A stretch of 57,111 nt of DNA from Christensenella sp. UBA6345 (lineage in GTDB: Bacteria > Bacillota > Clostridia > Christensenellales > UBA1242). Shown here piece by piece: positions 20,383 to 30,503 of this stretch; within the stretch, counting starts at the first letter, position 1, and each line of letters begins with the position of its first letter. Made by a program: the position numbers and the translations under genes. The stretch is taken from positions 1 to 57,111 of the forward strand of contig DJSB01000007.1 of assembly GCA_002437945.1 (NCBI GenBank), in the 5' to 3' direction. A model generated the notes under the pieces. It made no database searches and was not told where the DNA came from. It worked only from the letters and a program-made list of their open reading frames with translations.

Positions 20383-21369
20383 ATGTTAAAAATAGCAGTT
20401 TTGTGTAGCGGTGGTGATAGCCAAGGTATGAATACTTGTATACATACCATAGTTAATATGGCTGCAGTACATGGTATTAAAGTTATGGGTGTAAGACGTG
20501 GTTATCAAGGGCTTATAGAAAATGACTTAATCGAACTTAATAGTGATATGGTAGCCAATATTGCTTGTTTAGGTGGTTGCTTTTTAAAAGTTGCTCGTTG
20601 TAAAGAGTTTCGTACAAAAGAAGGAGTACAACGTGGCTATGAAGTTTTAAAGCAAAATGGTATAGATTATCTTATAGTTATTGGTGGTGATGGCTCTTAT
20701 AGGGGTGCTATTGAATTAAGTCAATTGGGTGCTAAAGTTATTACTATGCCAGGCACTATTGATAATGATTTATTTTATACTGATCGTACTTTGGGGTTTG
20801 ATACTGCTGTTAATAATGCTGTAAGTGCAATAGACGATATTCGTCAAACTATGGAAGCCAATAATAGAGCACTTATAGTAGAAGTTATGGGTAGGGGCTG
20901 TGGACATATTGCATTAAATGTAGGTGTTGCGGTAGGAGCACATTCTGTGGCTGTAAAAGAGATGGATACCCAAATATCCGATATTGTGGCAGATGTTAAA
21001 CAATGTCTTAATAATGGTATAGATACTCCACCAGTAGTAGTTGTTAGTGAAGCAGTAGATTATAGTGTTGATGATGTACGTAACGCTATAGAAAAAGAAT
21101 GTGGTATTGAATGTCGTACTAGTGTTATTGGTTATCTACAACGTGGTGGTAAACCTACAGTGTTTGATAGATTATTTGCTACCCAGTTGGGTATTAATGC
21201 TATAGAACTTATTAACAAAGATATATATAATGTTGCTTTGGGCATAAGAAATAATAATATCTTCTATATGAAACTTGAAGATGTTTATGCACTAAAGGAC
21301 GAGTTTAATAAGTTATTATTTAGACAACTTCGTAATTTACACAATTTAAGCGATTATAAAAGAAATTAA
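20383..21369 (+). CDS. pfkA: ATP-dependent 6-phosphofructokinase
   Basis: 328 aa. GGDSQGMN, IGGDGSY, PGTIDND and GYLQRGG motifs. Confidence 0.93.
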   Translation: MLKIAVLCSGGDSQGMNTCIHTIVNMAAVHGIKVMGVRRGYQGLIENDLIELNSDMVANIACLGGCFLKVARCKEFRTKEGVQRGYEVLKQNGIDYLIVIGGDGSYRGAIELSQLGAKVITMPGTIDNDLFYTDRTLGFDTAVNNAVSAIDDIRQTMEANNRALIVEVMGRGCGHIALNVGVAVGAHSVAVKEMDTQISDIVADVKQCLNNGIDTPPVVVVSEAVDYSVDDVRNAIEKECGIECRTSVIGYLQRGGKPTVFDRLFATQLGINAIELINKDIYNVALGIRNNNIFYMKLEDVYALKDEFNKLLFRQLRNLHNLSDYKRN

Positions 21370-21427
21370 TAATAAAAAAAGACTTTAACTACTAAATATA
21401 TATAAGTGTTAAAGCCTTTTTTATTAA

Positions 21428-21913
21428 TTAATGTTGTGGGGGATATTCATCATCATGATGATATGGCCTTCTAGATTCATATCTATAGTCATGATAGTCT
21501 TGACTTAAGTCATATGGTTCATTGTTAAATCCATTAAAACTATTGCTGTATGTTGTGCGTTGGTCATATGATGGTCGATTGTCCTGCTGATAGTTATTAT
21601 TAGAGTTAGTGTTATTAGTGTTATTATTTGGATTATATGCAGGACTGGTTTCGCTACTAGCAAGTGATTTTTTATTAGATAACAATTGCTTATCGGTAGA
21701 CCTTTTGCCGTCAATTTTTAATTTGCCTTTACCTTTGATTGTGGCAAAAACTAACCATATAGAACTTAAACCAATTAAGGCATATATTATTCGGGAAAAA
21801 ACATTGGCTTGTGAACCAAACAATCCAGCCACAAAATCATATTGTAATACACCTATGCAAAACCAATTAATTGAACCAGCCAAAGTTAATAAAAAACATA
21901 TTAATGAAATCAT
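21428..21913 (-). CDS. DUF378-family small membrane protein with an N/Y/D/H/P-rich low-complexity C-terminal tail
   Basis: 161 aa. The first ~70 aa (GSINWFCIGVLQYDFVAGLFG...) match the two-TM DUF378/YuzA pattern. The remaining ~90 aa are compositionally biased. Confidence 0.7.
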   Translation of the reverse strand: MISLICFLLTLAGSINWFCIGVLQYDFVAGLFGSQANVFSRIIYALIGLSSIWLVFATIKGKGKLKIDGKRSTDKQLLSNKKSLASSETSPAYNPNNNTNNTNSNNNYQQDNRPSYDQRTTYSNSFNGFNNEPYDLSQDYHDYRYESRRPYHHDDEYPPQH

Positions 21914-22048
21914 ATTGTACTTCCTTTTTTATTTTAGTATACGAATATGATTAAAAATTATACAAAAAAGAAAGTGTAATTAACACTTTCAATAAATATC
22001 AACTAAAATTATTTATTAACAATAACTTCTTTTGTAGAGAGATTATTT

Positions 22049-22300
22049 TTAACCTACATTTTCTAAAACTAATTTTTCAAAAGATACACTTTCTACAAAA
22101 TCTTCTTTTAAGAATCTAGTGCTTTTGTATACGGTAAAGTCAATTATATGTTTGTCTAATACTATAGGAGTAGGTATGTCTAGAGCATAAGCGATTTCTC
22201 TTACGTATTCTTCAAAAATGTGAAAGTCATAATTTACGACATTAATCTCACAACTTTTTATTATTTTGCCATCATCTATTATTTTTGCCCAAATTCTCAT
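22049..22300 (-). CDS. Hypothetical protein (83 aa)
   Basis: Good RBS (AAGGAG 7 nt upstream of the ATG) and a clean ORF in its own intergenic island. I recognise no motif. Confidence 0.55.
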   Translation of the reverse strand: MRIWAKIIDDGKIIKSCEINVVNYDFHIFEEYVREIAYALDIPTPIVLDKHIIDFTVYKSTRFLKEDFVESVSFEKLVLENVG

Positions 22301-22354
22301 ATTTTAACTCCTTATGAAATTAATATACAACAAAAATTTTTTTTAATCAAGTGA

Positions 22355-22383
22355 TTGACAAATGTCTATAAATTATATATAAT
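22355..22383 (+). promoter_or_regulatory. Sigma-A-type promoter giving a ~260-nt greA leader
   Basis: TTGACA (22355-22360), 17-nt spacer, TATAAT (22378-22383). Confidence 0.6.
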
Positions 22384-22401
22384 TATGCGTAAAATTTAAG
22401 G

Positions 22402-22434
22402 GGTTGGAATCAATTGATTGATTTTAACCTTTTT
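22402..22434 (+). terminator. Terminator-like hairpin 1 inside the greA leader
   Basis: GGUUGGAAUCAA-UUGA-UUGAUUUUAACC (12 bp including two G-U pairs) followed by U5. Confidence 0.5.
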
Positions 22435-22473
22435 AATTTGTACTATTTTAACATCAATTGCATATAATATATG

Positions 22474-22515
22474 AGTTTATGTTGGTGAGCAATTACCTTA
22501 CATAAACTTTTATTA
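22474..22515 (+). terminator. Terminator-like hairpin 2 inside the greA leader
   Basis: AGTTTATGT...ACATAAACT 9-bp stem with a 17-nt loop, followed by TTTATTAT. Confidence 0.4.
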
Positions 22516-22648
22516 TCATAATATACTTTTAAGTATTATGATTGTAAAAGTAAATAAGTATTATATGTAATTAATAAAATATGTTGTCCACGACACGTAG
22601 ATTAATATATTCTAACTTACAAATGCTAGTTTATTAGGAGGAAAAATT

Positions 22649-23122
22649 ATGGCAAACGAAGTATTTTTAACCAAAGAAGGATATAAGGAATTAGAAGAAA
22701 GACTTGATTATTTAAAGACAACTGCTAGAGTAGATGTCGCTAATAAGATAGAAGTTGCACGTAGTTTTGGCGATATTAGTGAAAATTCTGAATATGATGC
22801 TGCTAGAGAAGAAGAAGCATTAGTAGAACAAGAAATTCAACAAATTCAGAATACACTTCGTAATGCCAAAATTATTAACAAATCTAAAGTGGATACCAGC
22901 CAAGTAAGTGTTGGTAGCACTGTAGTTGTTGAAGATTTAGAGTTTGGCGATGATTTAACTTTCAAGATTATGGGAAGTTTTGAATCTGATCCTACTAAAG
23001 GTCTTATTTCTAATGAAAGTCCTATCGGTAAAGCATTGTTGGGTGCTAAAAAAGGTCAAATAGTTGAAGTAGTTACCCCACAAGCAACAACAAAATATAA
23101 AGTAGTCGATATTAAGGCTTAA
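22649..23122 (+). CDS. greA: Transcription elongation factor GreA
   Basis: 157 aa. LTKEGYKELEERL...GDISENSEYDAAREE coiled-coil tip motif. RBS AGGAGG. Confidence 0.95.
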   Translation: MANEVFLTKEGYKELEERLDYLKTTARVDVANKIEVARSFGDISENSEYDAAREEEALVEQEIQQIQNTLRNAKIINKSKVDTSQVSVGSTVVVEDLEFGDDLTFKIMGSFESDPTKGLISNESPIGKALLGAKKGQIVEVVTPQATTKYKVVDIKA

Positions 23123-23187
23123 TTATGTTACAAAAAAAGCATATTATATGTTTCAATATAATATGCTTTTTTGTTTTTCATAGATAA

Positions 23188-24645
23188 TTATTGTGAAATA
23201 GTTTCTTTATCCGGATTGTCATTATTTGATTCTGTAGTTTCTTTTGTTGATATATTTTCTTCTACATTATTAGATTCTTCTACTTCATTATTTTCATTTA
23301 GTTTTTTATCTTTTAATTCAATACTTTCATTATTGTTTGTATTTTCAATTGTGTTATTTACATTGTGTACCTTATCTTTTTTTGGTACTTTCACAAATGA
23401 GAATACTACAAGTGCTATTGTCATAAATATAGCAGCATAAGGGAAGTATGCGCGGTAGCCTAAAAAGTCCATAACAAATCCTATAATAATAGGTGTTATA
23501 CTTTGTGCTACTTGACTTGCTGAATAATAATATCCAGTAAATTTACCTAGATTTTTACTACTACTTAATTCCACGAACATAGGGTAGGAGTTAACATTGA
23601 TAATAGCCCAACCCATACCTGCTATAGCGAATAGAATAATCAATAATACACTAAATTTGGTTAAGAAGAAACATGCTGATAGACTTACTATCATAAGTCC
23701 CAAGCCTAGCATTATACTATTCTTTCTTCCAATTTTATCACAAAGTATACCAGAAGGTATAAATGTAATAAGGCTAGATATTGCAAGTATACTTGTTGCT
23801 AGTCCCCAACTATTGGTTTTTAATATGTTTTTTGCGTATAGACTACCAAATGTTTCTACGGCATTGAATGCAAAATACCATAGGAAAACACTAAATATTA
23901 ATAACCATAGATTACGCTTGTCTACTTTTCCTAGTGGTTTATCATCTGTTATGGCTTCATCAGTTTCGCTCATTTCTTCGCCTAGAGCCATCTCATCAGC
24001 CATTTCTTCTACGATTTTGTTTTCTTTAATTTTTAGTACTAATACGATTAATGCTACCAACATAAAGAAACTTACTATCAAGAATGGCCATATAGTAATA
24101 TTTCTAACTAGATGTATACCATCGGCTTGTTTTTTAGTAAATATCATTGTTAGTACCGAACCAATAATAGCACCGATATAACCAACGAAGTTAATTATAG
24201 CATTGGCTTTAGATCTTAAAGGTTTTGGTGTAACGTCTGGCATTAAGGCTACACTTGGACTACGATAAATGTTCATAGCGATAAGTATAAGTGCCATAAG
24301 TACTATAACTCCCCAGAAACTATTTTTGATATAAAGTAGGGAGATGAAAGGGAAGGCTAGCAAAGATACCAGAGTTCCGACTATAATATAAGGCATACGT
24401 TTGCCCAATTTTGTTTCGGTCTTGTCTGACAATGTGCCAAACAATGGTAACATAAACAATGCCAATATATTGTCTAGTGCCATGATTATACCTATAAGAT
24501 AGTTATAATCGCCATTACCAAAAGTGGATTTTAACAATTCTTCCAAGAACATAGGACAGTAATAGTTATATACTTGCCACAACATTAAAATTGTGAAGAA
24601 TGAAAACCCGATATAAAATGTACGTTTTTTATTAAGTTTTAACAT
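23188..24645 (-). CDS. MFS-type transporter (glycoside/oligosaccharide:cation symporter-like) with a low-complexity C-terminal tail
   Basis: 485 aa with about 12 hydrophobic helices and a D-K/R-x-G-R-K/R-like loop (SDKTETKLGKRMP) after TM2. The last ~70 aa are N/E-rich. Confidence 0.75.
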   Translation of the reverse strand: MLKLNKKRTFYIGFSFFTILMLWQVYNYYCPMFLEELLKSTFGNGDYNYLIGIIMALDNILALFMLPLFGTLSDKTETKLGKRMPYIIVGTLVSLLAFPFISLLYIKNSFWGVIVLMALILIAMNIYRSPSVALMPDVTPKPLRSKANAIINFVGYIGAIIGSVLTMIFTKKQADGIHLVRNITIWPFLIVSFFMLVALIVLVLKIKENKIVEEMADEMALGEEMSETDEAITDDKPLGKVDKRNLWLLIFSVFLWYFAFNAVETFGSLYAKNILKTNSWGLATSILAISSLITFIPSGILCDKIGRKNSIMLGLGLMIVSLSACFFLTKFSVLLIILFAIAGMGWAIINVNSYPMFVELSSSKNLGKFTGYYYSASQVAQSITPIIIGFVMDFLGYRAYFPYAAIFMTIALVVFSFVKVPKKDKVHNVNNTIENTNNNESIELKDKKLNENNEVEESNNVEENISTKETTESNNDNPDKETISQ

Positions 24646-24805
24646 ATATACTCCTTTGTAATTACGTACTTATTGTAACAAATTAATATAATTTAGCAAA
24701 ATGATTGTTGAAAGAAAAAATATTTCGAATTATTTTTTAATATTTTAGTGCCTAGAATTAATGTATTATTTGGTAATTAAATATAAATGTGTTAAAATAT
24801 TAACG

Positions 24806-25774
24806 ATGGATTTTTGTAATTTGTACACTAAAAGTGTAGTTAAAGATATTATTAATACTGATATTAAAGAAAACATGCTTAACCATGCTTATCTTTTGTG
24901 TGGTCAAGACCAGATTTATCTAGAGTATTTGGCTAAAGAAATAGCGAAAGATGTTATTAGTGCAGGTAATAGGGACAGCATTGTAGACCAAAAAATTGAT
25001 AAGGGTATACATAGTGATGTATTAATGTACCCTATAGATGTAAAGAAAGGTTTAGTAGTTGATGATGTTAATGAAATAGTGGAAAAGGCTTATGTGTATC
25101 CGCTTGAAGCCAATAAAAAGGTATTTATCATAAATAATATTGATTTATCTACTACACAAGCCCAAAACAAATTATTAAAAACTTTGGAAGAACCACCATT
25201 AACAAGTATGTTTGTTATTACAACCACCAATGCGGGCAATGTGCTTAATACTATAAAAAGTAGAGCAAAAACTATTAATGTACCTTTGCTTGACGATAAT
25301 AGTGTAGAAGATTTTATACTTAAAAATAGTTCGATAAGAGCAAAAAATATGTCTACTTATGTTGTGTCTAGCCAAGGCAATTTAACCAAGGCTATAAAGA
25401 TTGCTGGTGATGATGATTTTGCAAAAATTAAACAATTATGCTTTGATACTATTATTAATCTTAAAGATAGTGGTGAGATATTAAGATATAGTAGTAAATT
25501 GTTAAGTTATAAAGATCGTATTAATGAAGTGTTGGACGAATTAAGTCTTGTAGTACTTGATGTTCTTTACGTAAAAAGCGGATTAGAAGAAAAAGTATAT
25601 GATAAAGAAAAACTTAATGATTATAGAAATTCGACATTTAGTGTTAAGGCACTTAAATATACTTATACAAAAATATTAGATGCCTTGAACAAATTAAATT
25701 GTAATTGTAATGTTAACGTTGTTATTGATGGATTATTAATAGCAATGTTGGAGGGTAAACATAAATGGAAGTAG
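24806..25774 (+). CDS. holB: DNA polymerase III delta-prime subunit
   Basis: The tracked ORF starts at 24761. ATG 24806 (MDFCNLYTK...) is the more likely start. HAYLLCG and KVFIINNIDLSTTQAQNKLLKTLEEPP clamp-loader motifs. Confidence 0.85.
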   Translation: MDFCNLYTKSVVKDIINTDIKENMLNHAYLLCGQDQIYLEYLAKEIAKDVISAGNRDSIVDQKIDKGIHSDVLMYPIDVKKGLVVDDVNEIVEKAYVYPLEANKKVFIINNIDLSTTQAQNKLLKTLEEPPLTSMFVITTTNAGNVLNTIKSRAKTINVPLLDDNSVEDFILKNSSIRAKNMSTYVVSSQGNLTKAIKIAGDDDFAKIKQLCFDTIINLKDSGEILRYSSKLLSYKDRINEVLDELSLVVLDVLYVKSGLEEKVYDKEKLNDYRNSTFSVKALKYTYTKILDALNKLNCNCNVNVVIDGLLIAMLEGKHKWK

Positions 25775-26802
25775 TAGGAATTAGATTTAAAAATAATTGT
25801 AAATTATATTATTTTTCACCTAATGGATTAGAATTAAGTGTAGGACAAAAAGTTGTAGTAGAAACTCCCAACGGTAATACTTTGGCCAATGTTGTAAGTC
25901 CTGTAAGTAATGTTAGTGAAGAAGAAATAGTTGCACCTTTAACCAATGTATTAAGAGTGGCTACTGATGAAGATATAAAAACAATGGAAAAGTTGGAATC
26001 TAAACATGACGAAGTGATTAATATCACCAAAGAACTTGTTGAAAAATTACAACTTGATATGAAACTTGTTGATTGTGAATTTACTTTAGACGGACAAAAA
26101 ATAATAATTTCTTATGTTTGTGAAGATAGGGTAGACTTTAGGGAACTAGTTAAAGAACTTGCAAGTAAATTAAAAAGTCGTATCGAACTTAAACAAATTG
26201 GAATACGTGACCAAGCAAAAACAATCGGCGGTATAGGTTGTTGTGGGCAGGTATGTTGTTGTAGTAGATACCTTAACAATTTTGATAAAGTATCTATTAA
26301 GATGGCAAAAACCCAAGATTTAAGTCTTAATCCTACAAAGATAAGTGGTGTATGTGGTAGACTTATGTGTTGTTTAAGTTATGAGAATGATGTTTATGCT
26401 GAAGCAAGTAAAGTTATGCCAAAGATTAATACTCGAGTAAAAACTCCAGATGGAATGGGTACTGTAGTATATAATAATTTATTGAAATTAATTTGCGATG
26501 TTAAACTTGATGGCGAAGATAATATTGTAGTAAAAAAATATTTTCTTAATGATATTGATTTTGAAGGTAAAAATTATCAGCCAAAACCAGAAGATCCTAC
26601 TAATTATGTTATGGAAAGTTATGAGAGTAAAGATAGTCCTTATGGATATATGCCACATAAATCAGAACCAGTATCGCAAGAACCAGAGCATAATACCGAA
26701 TTAAAAGAAAATATAAACGAAACTGAAAATAATAATAAAAAACCAAGAGATAAAAAAAGAAGATTTAAAAGGTATTTTAACAAGAATGCTACTAGAAGAT
26801 GA
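25765..26802 (+). CDS. ricT: PSP1-domain stage 0 sporulation/RNA-processing protein RicT (YaaT)
   Basis: 345 aa. PSP1 C-terminal block GGIGCCGQVCCCSRYL...VCGRLMCCLSYE. It follows holB as in Bacillus. RBS GGAGGG. Confidence 0.88.
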   Translation: MEVVGIRFKNNCKLYYFSPNGLELSVGQKVVVETPNGNTLANVVSPVSNVSEEEIVAPLTNVLRVATDEDIKTMEKLESKHDEVINITKELVEKLQLDMKLVDCEFTLDGQKIIISYVCEDRVDFRELVKELASKLKSRIELKQIGIRDQAKTIGGIGCCGQVCCCSRYLNNFDKVSIKMAKTQDLSLNPTKISGVCGRLMCCLSYENDVYAEASKVMPKINTRVKTPDGMGTVVYNNLLKLICDVKLDGEDNIVVKKYFLNDIDFEGKNYQPKPEDPTNYVMESYESKDSPYGYMPHKSEPVSQEPEHNTELKENINETENNNKKPRDKKRRFKRYFNKNATRR

Positions 26803-27439
26803 AAGATTAGATGATTTACAATTTAATAATCTTTACATAATCCAGAATCCCAATTTATATTGTTTTACATCTGATGCAGTAGAATTGTGTAATTATGTTA
26901 GGGCGGGCGTCAAAGATAGAATAGTTGACCTTTGTAGTGGTAGCGGAGTAATAGGTATTTTGGCACAAGCAAAAACCAAAGCAAAAGAAGTTATTTTAGT
27001 TGAAATCCAACCAGAACTAGCAGATATGAGTAAGAGAAGTGTTGAATACAATCAACTTAAAAATATAAAAGTTGTTAATGCTCCATTACAAGATATACAT
27101 AAGCAGATTGGTACTGGATATGAAGTAGTTGTATGTAATCCACCATATAAGATTAACAATGGTGGCAAAATTTCAGAAAAAAAAGAAATTGCTATATGTA
27201 AGCACGAAATTACTGTAACTTTAGAAGAAATAATAAAAGAAGCGAGTGTATTATTAAAATCTGGTGGAAGGTTTTATACTGTTAATAAAGAAGAACGTTT
27301 GGTCGATTTGCTATGCTTAATGCGTAAATATCATATCGAACCAAAAAATATAAAAATAAGACCTAGTACCAAAGGCGCTAATATAATTTTGGTAGAAGGT
27401 AAAAAAGATGGAAGGAGTGGATTAAGTATCCAGTTGTAA
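26786..27439 (+). CDS. SAM-dependent N6-adenine-type methyltransferase (YabB/tRNA m6A37-like)
   Basis: 217 aa. DLCSGSGVIG SAM motif and CNPPY catalytic motif. Conserved position between ricT and rsmI. Confidence 0.75.
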   Translation: MLLEDERLDDLQFNNLYIIQNPNLYCFTSDAVELCNYVRAGVKDRIVDLCSGSGVIGILAQAKTKAKEVILVEIQPELADMSKRSVEYNQLKNIKVVNAPLQDIHKQIGTGYEVVVCNPPYKINNGGKISEKKEIAICKHEITVTLEEIIKEASVLLKSGGRFYTVNKEERLVDLLCLMRKYHIEPKNIKIRPSTKGANIILVEGKKDGRSGLSIQL

Positions 27440-27440
27440 T

Positions 27441-28238
27441 ATGTTATATTTAGTAGGTACACCTATAGGTAACTTAAAGGAATTAAGTAGTTATGCAATT
27501 CAAATACTTAATGATGCTGATTATATCTTGTGTGAAGACACACGTACAAGTTCGGTTTTGCTTAATCACTATGATATAAAAAAGCCACTAAAGAGTTATC
27601 ATAAATTTAATGAGAAAAGTATGGTTGATAGTGTACTTGAAGATTTAAGCAATAATAAAAATATTGCATTAATCTCTGATGCTGGTATGCCGGGAATTTC
27701 TGACCCCGGTAATGTGTTGGTTAAGGCCGCTATTGAACATAATATAGAGTATACTGTAGTATCAGGTCCATGTGCGTTAATTAATGCATTTATTATGAGT
27801 GGCTATGATACTCCATTTACTTTTGTAGGGTTTTTACCAGATAAAGTTAATGAACGAAACAACTTGCTTATGCAGTACAAACAATATTATGGTACACTTA
27901 TATTCTATATGTCTTGTCATGATATAGATAAGTATTTTGACTCTTTGTATAGGGTTTTTGGCAATAAACAGGTATGTGTTGTACGTGAACTAACCAAAAT
28001 GTATGAAGAAAAAATATTCACAACACTACAAGAAGGCTATCATGGAGAATTGCGTGGAGAGTTTGTATTAGTACTTAATAACTCAAAAGAAGATAATCAA
28101 CTTAATAGTTTAACTATAAAAGAACATTTACTTCATTATATTAATCTAGGTGCTAGCAAGCAAGATGCAATAAAATATGTATGTGCTGATAGAAACATAA
28201 AAAAACAAGTTGTATATAAAGAAGCAATTGATTTGTAA
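27441..28238 (+). CDS. rsmI: 16S rRNA (cytidine1402-2'-O)-methyltransferase
   Basis: 265 aa. LYLVGTPIGNLKE tetrapyrrole-methylase-fold N-terminus, CEDTR and SDAGMPGISDPG motifs. Confidence 0.9.
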   Translation: MLYLVGTPIGNLKELSSYAIQILNDADYILCEDTRTSSVLLNHYDIKKPLKSYHKFNEKSMVDSVLEDLSNNKNIALISDAGMPGISDPGNVLVKAAIEHNIEYTVVSGPCALINAFIMSGYDTPFTFVGFLPDKVNERNNLLMQYKQYYGTLIFYMSCHDIDKYFDSLYRVFGNKQVCVVRELTKMYEEKIFTTLQEGYHGELRGEFVLVLNNSKEDNQLNSLTIKEHLLHYINLGASKQDAIKYVCADRNIKKQVVYKEAIDL

Positions 28239-28327
28239 TCATTAATGATATTGTTTAACTAATAAGTAAAAATTATAACTAAATAATTATAACAAAAAAG
28301 CATAACACTTTTTAAGTGCTATGCTTT

Positions 28328-29200
28328 TTATCTTTCTTTCCCATTATCTTTATTATTATTTTTTGTATCCTTAAATAATAGTGTACCCAATTCGGTAGTG
28401 TCTAAATCATCAGGCATATTTTTTTCTAGGATTTCACTTGGTATATCAACTGCTTTTGCAGTGTAGTATTTAGTTGGTAATAGATTATTATTTTGTGTTA
28501 TATGACGTGCTCTTATAAAATAATCTTTTGAATAAATAATTTCATCATATATTGGTTTTTTAGATTTATTTATTATAGAAGTAATCTTATTTAATTTTTC
28601 TTCTCTTACTTGTTCGGTAACGGGCATATTTTTAATTAGACTGTAATCTATTAGGTCTGTATAGAATTGTATGTTTTTCCAACTATTAACATGAAGTATA
28701 GAATTTTTGGTCATCTTACTTTTGTTGTTGGGGTCAAAATGCAAGGCAATTATGCCTTTGTGGTCAGCATTAATGCAGTTTTGTTTGTTGTCATCTATAA
28801 GCATAGATATGCCGTACTCTTTACAGAATAAATGTTTATTTCTACATCCCATAACCAATTTGTCGTATTCAACATCAAAATAATCTAGTAAATCCAGAGT
28901 CGCTTTTTTCATAGGAGCAAATTTGCTAGGGCGGTTGGTTAATAATATAACTTCGTGACCTTGGTCTCTCCATTTTTCTAAAGTTTCTAAAGCATCTTTA
29001 AATGCATAATATTTTGATGGATTAAACATAGGGAAAAGAAGTCTTAACAAACTTTTATTATTGTTTGTACCAGGCTCTACTGTTTTGTACACAAGTTTTT
29101 TGGCTTCAGGTTTGCCTACTTTTTGTGTCTTATTAAGTACTTTATATATCACCGATTTACAAGTAAATAAGGTGTTATCTATATCAACTGCTATTTTCAT
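28328..29200 (-). CDS. HAD-superfamily hydrolase-like protein with a C-terminal extension
   Basis: 290 aa. N-terminal DIDNT (DxDxT) motif, LLTNRP and IDDN motifs. The last ~110 aa are unassigned. Confidence 0.55.
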   Translation of the reverse strand: MKIAVDIDNTLFTCKSVIYKVLNKTQKVGKPEAKKLVYKTVEPGTNNNKSLLRLLFPMFNPSKYYAFKDALETLEKWRDQGHEVILLTNRPSKFAPMKKATLDLLDYFDVEYDKLVMGCRNKHLFCKEYGISMLIDDNKQNCINADHKGIIALHFDPNNKSKMTKNSILHVNSWKNIQFYTDLIDYSLIKNMPVTEQVREEKLNKITSIINKSKKPIYDEIIYSKDYFIRARHITQNNNLLPTKYYTAKAVDIPSEILEKNMPDDLDTTELGTLLFKDTKNNNKDNGKER

Positions 29201-29245
29201 ATTTCTATTCTATCACACTTATTATTGTTTGTGAATACCTAAACT

Positions 29246-29758
29246 TTAAATAATTTTGCAAATTAAACAAGCAGCAATTACTCCCAACATATTACTAATA
29301 ATCGCTACAGGTATACCATATGAAAATTTTTTGACTTTAGTTTGTGAAAAATATACTGCTGTAATATAAAATATCGCTTCGCTACTGCCGGCGACAGCAC
29401 AGCCGGCACGTGCTATATAACTGTCAACACCATAAGTTGTAAATATATTTTCTAGTGCGGCTAGACTGCCACAACCTGTTAATGGTTTAAGAATAACCAA
29501 TTGTGTAAGTTCACTAGGTATACCTAGAAGTTTGAATATAGGCGACAATAATTTTATTATTATTTCGCTCAATCCACTAATCGAAAATAATTCGACAGCA
29601 ATAAATATTGCTACAAGATATGGAAAACTTGTCAAGACTAAATCAAAACTTGTTTTTGCACCATATACAAAACTTGAATATGTATTATTACGTTTGATTA
29701 TGGAGTAAATTATAAGCAATATAATAAGTACAGGTATTATAAAATTACTTATTTGCAT
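29246..29758 (-). CDS. spmB: Spore maturation protein B
   Basis: 170 aa polytopic membrane protein. It overlaps the spmA stop, the standard spmA-spmB pair arrangement. Confidence 0.8.
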   Translation of the reverse strand: MQISNFIIPVLIILLIIYSIIKRNNTYSSFVYGAKTSFDLVLTSFPYLVAIFIAVELFSISGLSEIIIKLLSPIFKLLGIPSELTQLVILKPLTGCGSLAALENIFTTYGVDSYIARAGCAVAGSSEAIFYITAVYFSQTKVKKFSYGIPVAIISNMLGVIAACLICKII

Positions 29759-30377
29759 ATATGTTCTCTTTTATATTATTTGTGGGTTGTGTTAATTTTT
29801 TGTGTTTTGATTTACTTATGCGGTTTTTTATTTTTTCACACAATTTACACATTAAAATGCCAGAAAATGTACTTACGAAAGTTGCAATTAAGGTAGGGAT
29901 TATTATATCGTTGGGACTTATACTTCCATGCGACACTCTTAAACCTATAACAGTAGTAGGTAGAAGTTGTAGACTAGATGTATTAAGTATCATGAGCATT
30001 ATCATACTACTTGTAGCAATATTGTTTCCTTTATCCATACCTTTAAGTGCTTTTATACCACTAGGTGTGCAAGCATTGCCCATACCTAGTAGATTGGACG
30101 TTATGTTAATTGCTATTTGATTTTTTGTTTCTTCGTCTTGTTTGCCAAACAGTTTATTGATTATTGGACTTAATAATTTACTAATTTTTGCATTAAGACC
30201 AGTATCTTCTACTATTCGCAATACTCCTAGCCATACAGCATATATTGCCCATAATTTTAAAGTCAAGGCTATTGCTTTTTGTGACCCACTTAACATTGTA
30301 GCAAAGGCAATATCTACATTTTTAAAAAGTAATAATCCTAGTCCTATTATTACAAAACTTGTCCATACTAGATTCAT
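29745..30377 (-). CDS. spmA: Spore maturation protein A (nucleoside-recognition domain)
   Basis: Likely start MNLVWTSFVIIG... at 30377 (tracked ORF starts at 30395). Membrane protein with the SpmA-type N-terminus and NACTPSGIKA region. Confidence 0.8.
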   Translation of the reverse strand: MNLVWTSFVIIGLGLLLFKNVDIAFATMLSGSQKAIALTLKLWAIYAVWLGVLRIVEDTGLNAKISKLLSPIINKLFGKQDEETKNQIAINITSNLLGMGNACTPSGIKALKGMDKGNNIATSSMIMLMILNTSSLQLLPTTVIGLRVSHGSISPNDIIIPTLIATFVSTFSGILMCKLCEKIKNRISKSKHKKLTQPTNNIKENIYANK

Positions 30378-30503
30378 ATTAACTCCTTTGTACATTTTTA
30401 TGTGGTTTATGTGTTTATTATGCCTTTGTTAAACCAAAATTAAATTTACAATATAACGATTGTGTGTTACAATAAACCTAGTATGATAAAAGGAAATAAG
30501 TAT

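Noticed and set aside
21505-21950. ORFs 21505-21714 (-) and 21609-21950 (+) overlapping the DUF378 gene
   Set aside because: They are alternative or antisense frames of the low-complexity tail region. The DUF378 frame has the recognisable family N-terminus.
23171-24181. Plus-strand ORFs 23171-23440 and 23597-24181
   Set aside because: They are antisense shadows of the MFS transporter gene, and their Ser/Leu/Ile-rich translations have no start context.
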